This document shows positions 36,977 through 48,789 of a DNA stretch of 64,000 nucleotides, in pieces. Below the pieces are notes generated by a model, which had not been told where the DNA came from, searched no databases, and saw only the letters and a program-made list of their open reading frames with translations. The position numbers were made by a program, and so were the translations under genes. This DNA is from an uncultured Eubacteriales bacterium. Lineage in GTDB: Bacteria; Bacillota_I; Bacilli_A; RF39; UBA660. Each line of letters opens with the position of its first letter. Position 1 is the first letter of the stretch. The DNA lies in assembly GCA_905211265.1 (NCBI GenBank), contig CAJMAC010000001.1, forward strand, positions 70,928 to 134,927. The letters are read 5' to 3'.

Positions 36977-38098
36977 TTAATTCTCTATTTTGGGAGATAA
37001 TTTAACCTTCTTCTTTATCATTTCATTATTATTATCATATCTATATTCGTATTCTAACCTTATTTTCTTATTCTTATATTTATCAGGTATAGAATAAGTT
37101 AATATATATGTTTTATCAGTATTATATGCAATTTTTTGTCCTTTATAGCCTATTCCATAATTAGAAAAATAACTATAATAACCTCTATTGGCAATAAATT
37201 TTTCATTATTTATATATACTAAAAATTTATCTGTATTTAAAGTTATGTTACCATTATAGTTTGAATGAACTGTAAATTTAACAATTAAATATGTATTACC
37301 ATCTACACTTATCTCTTTTCCTTTTGAATTTTTATTCGTAATATAACTTTCATCAAACTTTAAAGTGTAATAATTATCTAAACTAATTACACTACCTTCT
37401 TTATATGTTGGATTAATTTTAATCGAAGTTACTATTTTATAACCAAAAAATACAATAATAACTGCTAAAATAATATTAATAAAATGTTTATTTTCTACAT
37501 AATAATATTTTAATTCTCTTAAACTTTTTCTTGCTTTTTGTTCTAATTTATTTTTGTCTACTCCTACAGTTAATTCAAATTCTTCATTATCTTCAACTGA
37601 AATATTTAATTCTTCTAAATCTTTTTTAAAATCAAATTTCTTTATATCAAATCCAATTGTTCTAATAACATAAGGGATAATTAATATATATTGACCAATT
37701 AAACAAAACATAGTTATATCTCTTGCTAAACTTATAGTCTTTCTATCCATTATAGAATATTGTAATGAACTTATAACTGAACTAAAATATATATAGCAAC
37801 CTAATATACCAATACACCCTGCTATTGTAATAATATAAAATGTAATTGGTTTCTTTTTTTCTTTAAATAGAAAAAGTATTGCTACTGCTGCTACTACAAT
37901 TACTATTATAGCTAAATACATAAAAATATTAAAATAATCATTAGGTACTACATCAATTAAACTATTAATTAAATACCTTCTGAAAAAGTTTAATATCTTA
38001 GTAGTCCTAGTTATTAAAAATACAAATAAAATACTCATAACTAAATGTATTAATTTAAAATTTTTAATTAAAAATGCATACGGCTTTCTAACTATCAT
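36977..38098 (-). CDS. Hypothetical polytopic membrane protein with beta-rich C-terminal extracellular domain
   Basis: Has about 5 TM helices in the first 230 aa, then a soluble domain with no recognised motif. Confidence 0.55.
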   Translation of the reverse strand: MIVRKPYAFLIKNFKLIHLVMSILFVFLITRTTKILNFFRRYLINSLIDVVPNDYFNIFMYLAIIVIVVAAVAILFLFKEKKKPITFYIITIAGCIGILGCYIYFSSVISSLQYSIMDRKTISLARDITMFCLIGQYILIIPYVIRTIGFDIKKFDFKKDLEELNISVEDNEEFELTVGVDKNKLEQKARKSLRELKYYYVENKHFINIILAVIIVFFGYKIVTSIKINPTYKEGSVISLDNYYTLKFDESYITNKNSKGKEISVDGNTYLIVKFTVHSNYNGNITLNTDKFLVYINNEKFIANRGYYSYFSNYGIGYKGQKIAYNTDKTYILTYSIPDKYKNKKIRLEYEYRYDNNNEMIKKKVKLSPKIEN

Positions 38099-38155
38099 TT
38101 ATGTCACCTCTATTATAATAATTATATCATAAAAAAAAGAAAAATAAATATATTT

Positions 38156-38623
38156 TTAATTTTTCTTATAAACGATTAATTGTTCTGGTAATAAATACAT
38201 TTGATTATTTTGATTAACTAAATCAATAACATTACTATTTAATTTGTTTCCTATATCAAGTAAAGTATCTCCTTCTTGAACAATATAATATTTTACACCA
38301 ACTTTAGGTACAGATATTATTTGATTAGGATAAATATAATCATTTTCATCTAATCCATTAATTAATGCTAATGTTTTATAATCAGTATTATATTTCTCTG
38401 CAATTTTATATAAACTATCTCCTTTTTTAATAGTATAATAATCAAAATATGTATTTGCTATTTTAGGAACAATAATATTATTACCAGGTATTAAACTAAC
38501 ATTATTATTAATACCATTTAATTGATACAAAATATATGGAGTAATATTATATTTATTAGCAATACTTTCAATTGTATCTCCTTCTTTTATAGTATAAACA
38601 TCATACATTTTATCACATCCCAT
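38156..38623 (-). CDS. LysM-repeat peptidoglycan-binding protein (three LysM domains)
   Basis: Contains three repeats of the type Y(T/Y)IKxGDxLxxIAxKYN....L..LNG. The start is ambiguous between 38623 and the ATG at 38608. Confidence 0.8.
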   Translation of the reverse strand: MGCDKMYDVYTIKEGDTIESIANKYNITPYILYQLNGINNNVSLIPGNNIIVPKIANTYFDYYTIKKGDSLYKIAEKYNTDYKTLALINGLDENDYIYPNQIISVPKVGVKYYIVQEGDTLLDIGNKLNSNVIDLVNQNNQMYLLPEQLIVYKKN

Positions 38624-38654
38624 AATATTTTATTATATAAAATTAAAAAGGTGA

Positions 38655-39107
38655 CTATTCATCACCATTCTTTTTCTCTCTTATACCATATTTTTTCTTT
38701 TCTTCCATCATGTATTCAGTAATATGAGTTTCAACTTCTGGTAGAGCATTCTTATCAATATTAGATAATCTTATTTCTTCTTTTACAGTATCAATAACTA
38801 TTCTTCCCCAAAGCATACCTTGTTTAACAGTTAAATCATTAAACATATCTGGAGTTACTGAAGTAAAGAAATAACCAAACATAACTCTTTTTGTAGCAAA
38901 AAGTAGTCTCTTATTAGTTAAGGCAATTACATTAGTATTAGTAAAATCAAATGAACTCTTATTCTTTTGACCTAAGAACACATATAATACTTCTTCACCA
39001 GGATTAAGATGTTTTTCTATTACTTTACTATGTGCTTTAATTCTCCATGCAACAGTACTAGGATATTTTCTTTTAAATTCTCTAGCTAATTCATAAACTT
39101 TTCCCAT
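38655..39107 (-). CDS. Hypothetical protein, possibly a bacterial PH-domain (YokE-like) protein
   Basis: The pattern EEVLYVFLGQKN...NVIALTNKRLLFATKR resembles bacterial PH-like domains. The assignment is weak. Confidence 0.45.
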   Translation of the reverse strand: MGKVYELAREFKRKYPSTVAWRIKAHSKVIEKHLNPGEEVLYVFLGQKNKSSFDFTNTNVIALTNKRLLFATKRVMFGYFFTSVTPDMFNDLTVKQGMLWGRIVIDTVKEEIRLSNIDKNALPEVETHITEYMMEEKKKYGIREKKNGDE

Positions 39108-39121
39108 ATTACCTACCTCTT

Positions 39122-39610
39122 TTATTCATTACTATCATTTTGTGAAGTAATTACATTTTTATTAATAAATTCAATAAATTTTTCTTTTTCAACATAACCT
39201 GAAATACTATCAATAACTTTATTACCGCTTAATAATAATGTAGTTGGAGTACCCCATTGATTTCTTTTTAAATAAGAATTTGAATTATTTAAACTAGTAA
39301 ATTCATCTTGACTCAAATTATCAGTATTAATGTAATAAACAGGTATTGCTAACTCCTTAGCAGTTTCTTCTACTACAGGCATATATTTAATACAATAAGT
39401 GCATCCTGTTCTTTCTATTATAACAATGAAATTATCACCATTTGCAATTTTTTCTTCATAAGTTGAGTAATTAATTTCAGTTAATTCCTTTTCCTCTCCT
39501 GATAATGCAAGTGGTCCAGTAGGATTAGCATTTGTTTTTCCTAATGCAAATATTGCTATAATAAATACTAATACAGCACCTGCAATTAATATAATATCTT
39601 GTTTCTTCAT
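39122..39610 (-). CDS. Membrane-anchored thioredoxin-like protein
   Basis: Has an N-terminal TM anchor and a CxxC active site (ERTGCTYCIKYMP) in a thioredoxin-fold context (WGTPTTLL). Confidence 0.75.
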   Translation of the reverse strand: MKKQDIILIAGAVLVFIIAIFALGKTNANPTGPLALSGEEKELTEINYSTYEEKIANGDNFIVIIERTGCTYCIKYMPVVEETAKELAIPVYYINTDNLSQDEFTSLNNSNSYLKRNQWGTPTTLLLSGNKVIDSISGYVEKEKFIEFINKNVITSQNDSNE

Positions 39611-39686
39611 AATTTACCTCCTACAACAATAATACACTTTTTTCGACTAAAAATCAAGTATATCACTTAAATTAATAGTGTATCTC

Positions 39687-40442
39687 TTATTTTTTACCTA
39701 TTTTTCTACCTTGAATTTTAGAATTAATAAATAATATTAAATTAGTAGGACATATTTTAGTTAAAGTATGATTTAACTTCATATTTGGAGGTAATATAAT
39801 TACTTTATCTTTAAACATATTATCTATTGCATATTTTGAAGCATATTCACTAGATAAAGATTTCAAGTTAAATTTAACATTAGCAACATTATTAAAATTG
39901 GTATCTACAGGTCCTGGACAAAAGATTGATATCTTAACATTTGAATTATCTTTCTTTAATTCTTCATATATTGCCAAAGATAAACTAACAACATAATTTT
40001 TAGTAGCATAATATGTAGCCATATAAGGTCCAGGCATAAAACCTGCCATTGAAGCAACATTTAATATTCTCCCATAATCTTTTTTTATAAAATCTTTTAA
40101 AAATAATTTAGTTAAAATATGATATGCTTTAATATTTAAATCAATCATATTAAGTTCTTTATCTAATGATGTTTCACTAAAATTACCTGCATCGCCAAAT
40201 CCAGCATTATTAATTAAAATATCAATATTTTCATTTTTTAACATTTTGTGTAAATTAATACAATTATCTGTAATAGATAAATCCATTTCTATTTTCTTAA
40301 CAGAAACATTTAAGTCATTAAATAATTCATCTAATTTCTTCTTATCTCTACTTACTACAATTAAATCATAACCGAAACTAGCTAAATAATTAGCCATATC
40401 CCTCCCCATACCAGAACTTGCCCCAGTTATTAATGCTTTCAT
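39687..40442 (-). CDS. Short-chain dehydrogenase/reductase (SDR) family oxidoreductase
   Basis: Has the cofactor motif ITGASSGMG, NNAG, and the catalytic YYATKNY (YxxxK). Confidence 0.85.
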   Translation of the reverse strand: MKALITGASSGMGRDMANYLASFGYDLIVVSRDKKKLDELFNDLNVSVKKIEMDLSITDNCINLHKMLKNENIDILINNAGFGDAGNFSETSLDKELNMIDLNIKAYHILTKLFLKDFIKKDYGRILNVASMAGFMPGPYMATYYATKNYVVSLSLAIYEELKKDNSNVKISIFCPGPVDTNFNNVANVKFNLKSLSSEYASKYAIDNMFKDKVIILPPNMKLNHTLTKICPTNLILFINSKIQGRKIGKK

Positions 40443-40461
40443 ATATTCACCCTTTCAATCC

Positions 40462-40490
40462 AAAAAAAGATAAGCAAATACTTATCTTTA
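40462..40490 (-). terminator. Rho-independent terminator after rplQ (end of the alpha operon)
   Basis: Stem AAGATAAG / CTTATCTT with loop CAAATA overlaps the stop. It is followed on the minus strand by TTTTTTTGG. Confidence 0.7.
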
Positions 40491-40829
40491 TACTAATTCT
40501 AAGATAACCATTAAAGCGTTATCTCCTTTTCTTTCTTGAGTTTTTACGATTCTAGTATATCCACCATTTCTATCTTTATATCTTGGTGCTAAATCATAAA
40601 ATACTTTATCAACACACTTAGCATCATTATGTAAGAAAGCTAATGCTTTTCTTCTTGAAATTAAAGTGCCTTTTTTAGCATATGTTACCATTTTATCAAA
40701 ACATTTTCTAACTTCTTTTGCTCTTGTTTCAGTTGTAACAATTTTTTCATTTTCAATTAGTTGTTTTGTTAAAGTAGCAAGCATACTTCTTCTATGTTTG
40801 TTATCTACGCCTAATTTTCTATAAGCCAT
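40488..40829 (-). CDS. rplQ: 50S ribosomal protein L17
   Basis: Begins [25 protein letters not shown] and contains GGYTRI. It is the last gene of the alpha operon. Confidence 0.95.
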   Translation of the reverse strand: MAYRKLGVDNKHRRSMLATLTKQLIENEKIVTTETRAKEVRKCFDKMVTYAKKGTLISRRKALAFLHNDAKCVDKVFYDLAPRYKDRNGGYTRIVKTQERKGDNALMVILELV

Positions 40830-40846
40830 GATTAATCCTCCTTATC

Positions 40847-41803
40847 TTAGTCTTCTTTTCTAAATGAAAGTCCCATATCTTTAACTTTATCTAATACTTC
40901 TTTTAATGATTTCTTACCTAAGTTTCTAATTTTCATCATTTCATTTTCTGATTTATCAACTAAATCTGCAAGTGTTAATATATTTGCTCTCTTTAAGCAA
41001 TTGTAAGCTCTTACAGAAAAATCTAAATCATCAATTGAAGTTTCAAGTATTTTAACACTAGGATCTTCAGTATTAGATATCATAAGACCAGTTTCATCTG
41101 CAATTTCATTTAAGTTTGCAAGTACTTCAAAATGTTCAATTAAAATTCTACTTGCAAGTGCTATTGATTCTTCTGGAGATATAGAACCATTAGTCCATAC
41201 TTCCATAATTAATTTATCATAGTTGTTATTTTGTCCAACACGAGCATTTTCAACTTCATAGTTAATTCTTTCAATTGGAGAATATAAACTATCAATTGCA
41301 ATAACTCCTGGTTTAGATTTAGTATCTAATATTTTCTTATTATCATCTGCTCTAGTATATCCTCTACCACTTCCGATAGTCATTTCCATATTTAAACTTC
41401 CACCTTCAGCTAATGTAGCGATAACTTGTTCAGGATTTAATATTTCAATATCAGCATCCTTTTCAATATCCCCAGCAGTAACAACACCTGGAGTACTAAC
41501 TGATAATCTTAATTTCTTATTTTCATCAGTTGAATGATTCTTTAAAACAATACTCTTTAAATTAAGTACTATTGCAGTCACATCTTCGATTACACCATCC
41601 ATTTTTTGGAATTCATGTGCAACTCCATCAATCTTAACACTTGTAATTGCATCTCCTGGTAAACTAGATAACATTACTCTTCTTAATGCATTACCTAATG
41701 TTGTACCAAAGCCTCTTTCAAGTGGTTCAATTTCAAATTTTCCATAGTGACTACTTTCAATATATTCTTTTACTTTATAATCTGGTTTTTCAAATTTTAA
41801 CAT
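40847..41803 (-). CDS. rpoA: DNA-directed RNA polymerase subunit alpha
   Basis: Has LERGFGTTLGNALRRVMLSSLPG and the C-terminal domain LDFSVRAYNCLKRANI. Confidence 0.95.
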   Translation of the reverse strand: MLKFEKPDYKVKEYIESSHYGKFEIEPLERGFGTTLGNALRRVMLSSLPGDAITSVKIDGVAHEFQKMDGVIEDVTAIVLNLKSIVLKNHSTDENKKLRLSVSTPGVVTAGDIEKDADIEILNPEQVIATLAEGGSLNMEMTIGSGRGYTRADDNKKILDTKSKPGVIAIDSLYSPIERINYEVENARVGQNNNYDKLIMEVWTNGSISPEESIALASRILIEHFEVLANLNEIADETGLMISNTEDPSVKILETSIDDLDFSVRAYNCLKRANILTLADLVDKSENEMMKIRNLGKKSLKEVLDKVKDMGLSFRKED

Positions 41804-41824
41804 TTTTAAACACTCCTTTTCATT

Positions 41825-42208
41825 TTAACCACGGCGTCTTTTTGGTGGACGACATCCGTTATGTGGAATAGGTGTTACATCTGTTATTGTTTTTACTTCA
41901 AGTCCTGCAGTTTGAAGTGATCTAATTGCAGCTTCTCTTCCTTGACCTAAACCTTTTACAAATACATCAACAGTTTTCATTCCCATTGATACTGCTTCTC
42001 TACCAGCTTTTTCAGCACTAGCTCCAGCAGCAAATGGTGTAGATTTTTTACTACCCTTAACTCCTTGAGTTCCTGAAGCAGCCCAAGCAATTGTATTACC
42101 TTCTTTATCAGTAATAGTAACTATTGTGTTATTAAAAGTTGAACGAACATGTACAACTCCATGTGGTACGTTCTTCTTAACTTTACGTTTTCTTGCTTTA
42201 TAAGCCAT
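41825..42208 (-). CDS. rpsK: 30S ribosomal protein S11
   Basis: Has [17 protein letters not shown] and ends [19 protein letters not shown]. Confidence 0.95.
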   Translation of the reverse strand: MAYKARKRKVKKNVPHGVVHVRSTFNNTIVTITDKEGNTIAWAASGTQGVKGSKKSTPFAAGASAEKAGREAVSMGMKTVDVFVKGLGQGREAAIRSLQTAGLEVKTITDVTPIPHNGCRPPKRRRG

Positions 42209-42227
42209 AAAACTTCCTCCTTAATTA

Positions 42228-42593
42228 TTATTTTTTCTTGTTAGCAACAACTTTTCCTTTACCTTTACGAGTTCTTGCATTTCTATTTGTTCTTTGACCT
42301 CTTACAGGTAAGTTTTTCTTATGTCTAGTACCTTGATAAGAATTAATTTCCATCTTAGTCTTAATGTTCATATTGATTTCTCTTCTTAAATCACCTTCAA
42401 CAGTAATTTTATCAACTTCTGCTCTGATTCTTGCAAGTTCATCTTCAGATAAATCCTTAGCTTTCTTATCTAAATCAACATTAGCATTCTTTAAAATTGT
42501 TTTTGATAAATTTCTTCCTATACCATAAATGTAAGTTAAAGATATTTCAACTCTTTTATCATTTGGTATATCAACACCTTTAATACGTGCCAT
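42228..42593 (-). CDS. rpsM: 30S ribosomal protein S13
   Basis: Begins [26 protein letters not shown]. Confidence 0.95.
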   Translation of the reverse strand: MARIKGVDIPNDKRVEISLTYIYGIGRNLSKTILKNANVDLDKKAKDLSEDELARIRAEVDKITVEGDLRREINMNIKTKMEINSYQGTRHKKNLPVRGQRTNRNARTRKGKGKVVANKKK

Positions 42594-42611
42594 ATTTTTC
42601 TTCCTCCTATT

Positions 42612-42947
<336 letters not shown>

Positions 42948-42955
<8 letters not shown>

Positions 42956-43706
42956 ACTTATCATCTCCTGTTAGTATTTGATAACCATCTTTTGTAACAA
43001 CAACTGTATGTTCAAAGTGTGCTGATGGTTTATTATCACCTGTAACTATTGTCCAATCATCATCAAGCATGAATACTTGTCTAGTACCTAAGTTTAACAT
43101 AGGTTCAACAGCAATTACCATACCTTCTTTTAATACTGGACCAGTACCTTTTTTACCATAATTAGGAACTTCTGGATCTTCATGAATATTGCTTCCAACA
43201 CCATGACCAACTAGTTCTCTTACAACTCCTAACTTATGACTATTAGCATAAGTTTCAATTGCATTACCTATATCCCCAATTCTAGCACCTGGTTTTATTT
43301 GCTCAAGCCCTATATATAGAGCCTTTTCAGTATGCTCAAGCAAATATTTCTTTTTATCAGATATTTTACCAACTGCATAACTCCAAGCAGAATCACCATG
43401 ATATCCTTTATAACAAGCACCAATATCAATACCTATTATATCTCCTTCATGTAATTTCCTATTTGATGGAATTCCGTGTACAACTTCTTCATTAACTGAA
43501 GTACATATACTACCTGGAAATCCATTATAACCTTTAAATGAAGGAGTAGCACCTTGACTAATAATAAAGTCTTCAGCAAGTTTATCTAATTCCTTTGTAG
43601 TTATACCTGGTTTAATATAATCCTTTAAATATAAATGTGTAAGATATACAATATGACCAGCATGTCTCAAAAGTTCAATTTCATAATCGCTTTTTATACT
43701 AATCAT
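42948..43706 (-). CDS. map: Type I methionine aminopeptidase
   Basis: Begins [17 protein letters not shown]. Metal-ligand contexts are [19 protein letters not shown] and FEHTV. The start at 43706 overlaps the adk stop by 8 nt. The longer ORF-track N-terminus lies inside adk. Confidence 0.9.
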
Positions 43707-44361
43707 TATCAACAATCTCCTCAACTTTTTTAAATATATCATTTGCAGATAAACCATCTTCAACCTTTACAACCTTTAATACATCTTTATCTTTGTAATA
43801 ATTAATTAAATCTTGCGTTTTATTAATATATGTATCAAATCTAGTTATAAAAGATTCAGCATTATCATCACTTCTTATATTTAAGCGACTATTACATTTA
43901 TCACAAATTCCTTCTAATTTTGGTTTAAGTGCAGTAACTTCTAAATTATAACTTGTTCCACATTCAGGACAAACTATTCTACTTAAAGTTCTTCTTTTAG
44001 CAAGTTCTTTATCTATATCAAAGAATATTACTATACCTAAATCCTTATTTAAACTTTTTAATAAATCTTCATATATTTTAGCTTGTTCTAAATTTCTAGG
44101 ATAACCATCAAGTATATAACCATTATTACAATCTTCTTTCATTAGTCTTTTTTCAAGTAATGAAGTAATAATTTGATCACTAACAAATTTACCACTAGAA
44201 ATTATATCTTTTATCATCATACCTAATTCAGTAGACTTAGCTGCTTCTTCTCTTAACAAATCACCAGTTGAGATATGAGGAATATTATATTTTTCAGATA
44301 ATATCTTAGCTTGCGTTCCTTTACCTGCAGCAGGTGGTGCAATAAATATAATATTCTTCAT
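43699..44361 (-). CDS. adk: Adenylate kinase (zinc-lid type)
   Basis: Has the P-loop [10 protein letters not shown] and lid cysteines CPECG...CDKC. Confidence 0.95.
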   Translation of the reverse strand: MKNIIFIAPPAAGKGTQAKILSEKYNIPHISTGDLLREEAAKSTELGMMIKDIISSGKFVSDQIITSLLEKRLMKEDCNNGYILDGYPRNLEQAKIYEDLLKSLNKDLGIVIFFDIDKELAKRRTLSRIVCPECGTSYNLEVTALKPKLEGICDKCNSRLNIRSDDNAESFITRFDTYINKTQDLINYYKDKDVLKVVKVEDGLSANDIFKKVEEIVDND

Positions 44362-45623
44362 TATCTTACTCCTCTATAGTTTCTATTTACTAAACTACTT
44401 TCTAATTGTTTATAAGTTTCAAGAGCAACTCCAACAACTATTAATAAACCTGTTCCACCAATACTTACACTAGTAGGTAAATTAGTATTTACAAAACTAC
44501 TAAATATAATTGGTATTGCAGCAATAATAGCAATGAATGTTGTACCTAATAAGGTAATTCTACCTAATATAGTTTTTATATAATCTTTTGTTTCTTTACC
44601 TGGTCTTATTCCTGGAATGTATCCACCTTGTTTATTTAAGTTCTTTGATAATTCATCTGGATTAACTTGTAAGAATGTATAAAAGAATCCAAATACAAAG
44701 ATACAAACAATGTATATTACAAATCCAACTGGAGTAGTATAATTTAAATATTTAGAAACAAATACTTTAAAACCACTCTCAGATTTAATTAATCCTGCAA
44801 TAAATGCTGGTATAGAGAATATTACAGATGCAAATATTACTGGCATAACTCCTGCTGAATTTAACTTAAATGGTATATAGTTTTGTCTTGCACCATATGC
44901 ACTACTTGTCTGGTTAGAATATTGAATTGGTATTCTTCTTTCAGATTCCTCAACAAATATTATTCCGACAATTATTGCAACATATAATAATATGAAGATT
45001 ACAAAACTAACTATTCCAACAAATCTTGATAATTCACTATTTAAGATAAGTGCATCAAAAGTATCAATCATCATCTTAGGCATAGTAAGTAATATACCAG
45101 CCATAATAATTAATGATACACCATTACCCAAACCTTTTTGAGTAATTTGATCTCCTAACCATAATAAGAATGCAGTACCTGCAGTTAATATAGTAGCAAT
45201 CTTAATATATTGTAATGCAGTACTATTTTGTACGAAAGCAAATGCCATTGCAAAACCTTGAATAAAGGCAAGTACTATACCAATATATCTATTAATTTGA
45301 TTAATTTTTTGTCTACCAGCTGCACCACTTTCTTTTAATTCCGTGAAATACGGAATTATATCCATTTGTAATAAACCAGTAATTATAGATGCAGAAATGT
45401 ATGGCATAACACCAAGAGCAAATATTGAAAAGTTCTTTAATGCTCCACCACCAATTGCATTATATAATTCCCATAATCCAAGACCACTTATTGCTCCTTG
45501 AGTACCAGGAACAGGTATTGTAGTACCTATACAAAATATCATAAGACCAAATAATGTAAAATATATTCTTTTTCTTAAATCTTTATTTTTTGGATTAAAG
45601 ATAAGCTTTAGATTTTTAAACAT
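44361..45623 (-). CDS. secY: Preprotein translocase subunit SecY
   Basis: A 10-TM protein in the canonical position, with the FALGVMPYISASII motif. Confidence 0.95.
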   Translation of the reverse strand: MFKNLKLIFNPKNKDLRKRIYFTLFGLMIFCIGTTIPVPGTQGAISGLGLWELYNAIGGGALKNFSIFALGVMPYISASIITGLLQMDIIPYFTELKESGAAGRQKINQINRYIGIVLAFIQGFAMAFAFVQNSTALQYIKIATILTAGTAFLLWLGDQITQKGLGNGVSLIIMAGILLTMPKMMIDTFDALILNSELSRFVGIVSFVIFILLYVAIIVGIIFVEESERRIPIQYSNQTSSAYGARQNYIPFKLNSAGVMPVIFASVIFSIPAFIAGLIKSESGFKVFVSKYLNYTTPVGFVIYIVCIFVFGFFYTFLQVNPDELSKNLNKQGGYIPGIRPGKETKDYIKTILGRITLLGTTFIAIIAAIPIIFSSFVNTNLPTSVSIGGTGLLIVVGVALETYKQLESSLVNRNYRGVR

Positions 45624-46067
45624 CTAAATCACCTCTGCTTTTCCACCGTTGTTTTCTATCTTTTCTTTAGCAGATCCAGAGAATTTATTTGCTTTAACAA
45701 CTAATTTCTTAGTTAATTCTCCGTTACCTAAAACTTTAATCCCATCTAATTCTTTCTTAACTAAACCAGTTTCAATTAATAATTCTGGTGTTACTGTAGT
45801 TCCATCTTCAAATCTATTTAAATCACTAACATTAACTGTAGCATAAACAGTTCTGAATTCATAATTGTTAAATCCTCTTTTTGATAATCTTCTGAATAGT
45901 GGTAATTGTCCTCCTTCGAAGCCAACTCTAACTCCACCACCACTTCTTGCGTTTTGTCCTTTATGTCCTTTTCCACTTGTTTTTCCTAAACCACTTCCAG
46001 GTCCACGTCCAACTCTTTTTCTTGAACTAACTGAACCAGGATTTGGACTTAATTCATGTAATTTCAT
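45624..46067 (-). CDS. rplO: 50S ribosomal protein L15
   Basis: Begins [38 protein letters not shown]. Ends with TAG. Confidence 0.95.
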   Translation of the reverse strand: MKLHELSPNPGSVSSRKRVGRGPGSGLGKTSGKGHKGQNARSGGGVRVGFEGGQLPLFRRLSKRGFNNYEFRTVYATVNVSDLNRFEDGTTVTPELLIETGLVKKELDGIKVLGNGELTKKLVVKANKFSGSAKEKIENNGGKAEVI

Positions 46068-46660
46068 TAGCCTCTAATCTCCTCTATTGTTTTTCCTCTA
46101 AGTGCTGCAATATGAGCAGGTGACTTTTGATTTTTTAAAGCATTTAATGTAGCTCTAGCCATATTAATTTTTGTGCTTGATCCAAGTGATTTTGAAAGAA
46201 CATCTTTAACTCCAGCAAGTTCTAGTACATCTCTAACTGGTCCACCAGCTTTAACTCCAGTACCTTCAGCAGCAGGTTTTAACATTACTCTTGAAGCACC
46301 TTCCTTAACTGTGATTTCATGTGAGATTGTACGATTATCAATTAATTCAACATTTATAAGATTTTTACTAGCAGCAAGTGTTGCCTTTTTAACTGCATCT
46401 GGCATTTCTTTTGCCTTACCAGTTCCTAAGCCAACCTTTCCTTTTCTATCTCCAACTACTACAGTAGCAGAGAAACGGAATATTCTTCCACCTTTAACAA
46501 CTTTTGTAACACGATTAATATCAATAACTTTTTCCTCTAATGTTTTTTGAGGTCTATTATTCATATTTCTTCTTGGTTTACGATTTTCTTTGTTTTCTTT
46601 ATTGTTTTTAGGTGAAACTTTTTCCTTAACGTTTTCTTTTTCTTTAACGTTTTCGTTCAT
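46067..46660 (-). CDS. rpsE: 30S ribosomal protein S5 with ~40-aa Lys/Glu/Asn-rich N-terminal extension
   Basis: The core is [27 protein letters not shown]. The N-terminus reads [31 protein letters not shown]. The stop overlaps the rplO start as TAATG. Confidence 0.95.
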   Translation of the reverse strand: MNENVKEKENVKEKVSPKNNKENKENRKPRRNMNNRPQKTLEEKVIDINRVTKVVKGGRIFRFSATVVVGDRKGKVGLGTGKAKEMPDAVKKATLAASKNLINVELIDNRTISHEITVKEGASRVMLKPAAEGTGVKAGGPVRDVLELAGVKDVLSKSLGSSTKINMARATLNALKNQKSPAHIAALRGKTIEEIRG

Positions 46661-46675
46661 AAGTTTTCCTCCTTA

Positions 46676-47038
46676 TTAGAATTCTAATCCATTTTCACGA
46701 GCAGCCTCAGCAAGTGCTTTAACTCTACCGTGATATAAGTATCCACCTCTATCGAATACTACTTTATTAATTTTAGCTTTTTTTGCTCTTTTAGCAATTT
46801 CTGCACCAATAATTTTTGCAGCTTCAACATTTCCACCGTTCTTAATATTAAGTTCTTTTTCAAGTGTTGAAGCACTTACTAATGTTATACCTTTAGTATC
46901 ATCAATAATTTGTGCAGTAATATTAGCGTTTGCTCTAAACACATTTAATCTTGGTCTTTCAGGAGTACCTGATAAGTTTTTTCTTATTCTATTGTGTCTT
47001 TCTAAACGCATTTCATTTCTTGAAACTTTCTTTATCAT
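46676..47038 (-). CDS. rplR: 50S ribosomal protein L18
   Basis: Has [25 protein letters not shown] and ends [23 protein letters not shown]. Confidence 0.95.
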   Translation of the reverse strand: MIKKVSRNEMRLERHNRIRKNLSGTPERPRLNVFRANANITAQIIDDTKGITLVSASTLEKELNIKNGGNVEAAKIIGAEIAKRAKKAKINKVVFDRGGYLYHGRVKALAEAARENGLEF

Positions 47039-47059
47039 AAGTCTTATCTCCTTTACTTA

Positions 47060-47599
47060 TTATTTAGAAGCTTTTTTACCTTCTTTACGACGAACATATT
47101 CACCTTTAAATCTAATACCTTTACCTTTATATGGCTCAGGAGATCTTACTTTTCTAATGTTTGCCGCAAATTCACCAAGTGCAACTTTATCAATTCCAGA
47201 AAGTTCTATTTCAGTATTACTGATTGCTTTTACTGTAATTCCAGTAGGTACTTCCATTTTTACAGGATGAGAATATCCAGCATTAATAGTTAAAGTATTA
47301 CCAGAAACTGCAAAACGATAACCAACACCGATAATTTCTAATCCTTTAGTATAACCTTCACTAACACCGATAATCATATTATTGATATTAGCATTTGTTG
47401 TACCATGCATTTGGTTAGTAAATTTATCATCTTTTAATTTTTCAACAGTTACTTCATTACCATTAACATTAACTCCAATTGTTTTAATTAAATCTAATGA
47501 TAATTCACCCTTAGGTCCTTTAACTGTAACTTTTTGTCCATCAACTGTAACATTAACTCCAGCAGGTATTACTAGTACTCTTTTACCAATTCTACTCAT
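47060..47599 (-). CDS. rplF: 50S ribosomal protein L6
   Basis: Begins MSRIGKRVLVIPAGVNVTV and contains PEPYKGKGIRF. Confidence 0.95.
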   Translation of the reverse strand: MSRIGKRVLVIPAGVNVTVDGQKVTVKGPKGELSLDLIKTIGVNVNGNEVTVEKLKDDKFTNQMHGTTNANINNMIIGVSEGYTKGLEIIGVGYRFAVSGNTLTINAGYSHPVKMEVPTGITVKAISNTEIELSGIDKVALGEFAANIRKVRSPEPYKGKGIRFKGEYVRRKEGKKASK

Positions 47600-47608
47600 A
47601 ATTTCCTC

Positions 47609-48001
47609 CTACCAAACATAAGCAATTACTTCTCCACCAACATTTTCCTTACGAGCTTTTTTATCAGTCATAATTCCTTTTGGTGTAGATATAATAGCAA
47701 TTCCTAATCCATTTAATACTTTTGGTAAGTCTTCTGCTTTTGAATAAACTCTAAGACCTGGTTTAGAAACTCTCTTAAGTCCTGTAATTACTCTTTCTTT
47801 CTTTTGACCATATTTTAATGTTAATGTTAATGTATTTTGAACATCATTTTCTTCTATACTAAATTCTTCAACAAAACCTTCGTCCTTTAAAATTTTAGCA
47901 ATTTCTTCTTTCATTTTTGAAGATGGCATACTAACAGTTTTAGCACGATTTTGGTTTGCATTACGAATTCTTGTAAGCATATCTGCGATTGGATCTGTCA
48001 T
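47609..48001 (-). CDS. rpsH: 30S ribosomal protein S8
   Basis: Begins [17 protein letters not shown] and ends GGEVIAYVW. Confidence 0.95.
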   Translation of the reverse strand: MTDPIADMLTRIRNANQNRAKTVSMPSSKMKEEIAKILKDEGFVEEFSIEENDVQNTLTLTLKYGQKKERVITGLKRVSKPGLRVYSKAEDLPKVLNGLGIAIISTPKGIMTDKKARKENVGGEVIAYVW

Positions 48002-48032
48002 TAAAATCCCTCCTTCTTATTTTAAGGTATTT

Positions 48033-48218
48033 CTACCAACTTGATTTTTTTACGCCAGGTATTTGTCCCTTATAAGCTAATTCTCTGAAACAAATACGGC
48101 AAACGCCAAATTTACTCATAACTGCATGTGGTCTTCCACATCTTTTACAACGAGTATATTCTCTTACTTTGTATTTTGGCTTTCTTTGTGATTTTACAAC
48201 CATTGATTTTCTTGCCAT
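48033..48218 (-). CDS. rpsN: 30S ribosomal protein S14, type Z (zinc-binding, 61 aa)
   Basis: Has [25 protein letters not shown] (CxxC...CxxC) in the canonical position. Ends with TAG. Confidence 0.95.
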   Translation of the reverse strand: MARKSMVVKSQRKPKYKVREYTRCKRCGRPHAVMSKFGVCRICFRELAYKGQIPGVKKSSW

Positions 48219-48229
48219 TGTTTTCCTCC

Positions 48230-48769
48230 TTATTTCCTAAAAGGAACTCCAAGTTCTTTTAATAAATCAAAAGCTTCTTCATTAGTCTTAGCACTTGTTA
48301 CAATAACAATATCCATTCCTCTAACTTTAACAACTTCATCAAAGTTAATTTCTGGGAATATTAATTGTTCTTTAATTCCTAATGTATAATTTCCTCTTCC
48401 ATCAAAACTCTTTGAAGATACTCCTCTAAAATCTCTAACACGTGGAAGTGCAATAGATATTAATTTATCTAAAAATACATACATATTTTCTCCTCTTAAA
48501 GTAACTTTACATCCAATTTTATGTCCTTCTCTTACTTTAAAAGATGCTATAGATTTTTTTGCTTTTGTTTCAATAGGTTTTTGACCTGTAATTTTTTCCA
48601 AATCAGAAAGTGCAGCTTCTAACATTTTAGAATTTGCAACTGCATCTCCAACACCAATATTAACAACTACCTTTTCAATTTTAGGTACTAACATAGGTGT
48701 TTTATAACCATGTTTTTCTATTAAACTTGGAACAACTTCATTTCTATATTTTTCTTCTAGGCGGTTCAT
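48230..48769 (-). CDS. rplE: 50S ribosomal protein L5
   Basis: Begins [16 protein letters not shown] and contains [16 protein letters not shown]. Confidence 0.95.
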   Translation of the reverse strand: MNRLEEKYRNEVVPSLIEKHGYKTPMLVPKIEKVVVNIGVGDAVANSKMLEAALSDLEKITGQKPIETKAKKSIASFKVREGHKIGCKVTLRGENMYVFLDKLISIALPRVRDFRGVSSKSFDGRGNYTLGIKEQLIFPEINFDEVVKVRGMDIVIVTSAKTNEEAFDLLKELGVPFRK

Positions 48770-48789
48770 ATAGACGCCCTCCTTCCAAA

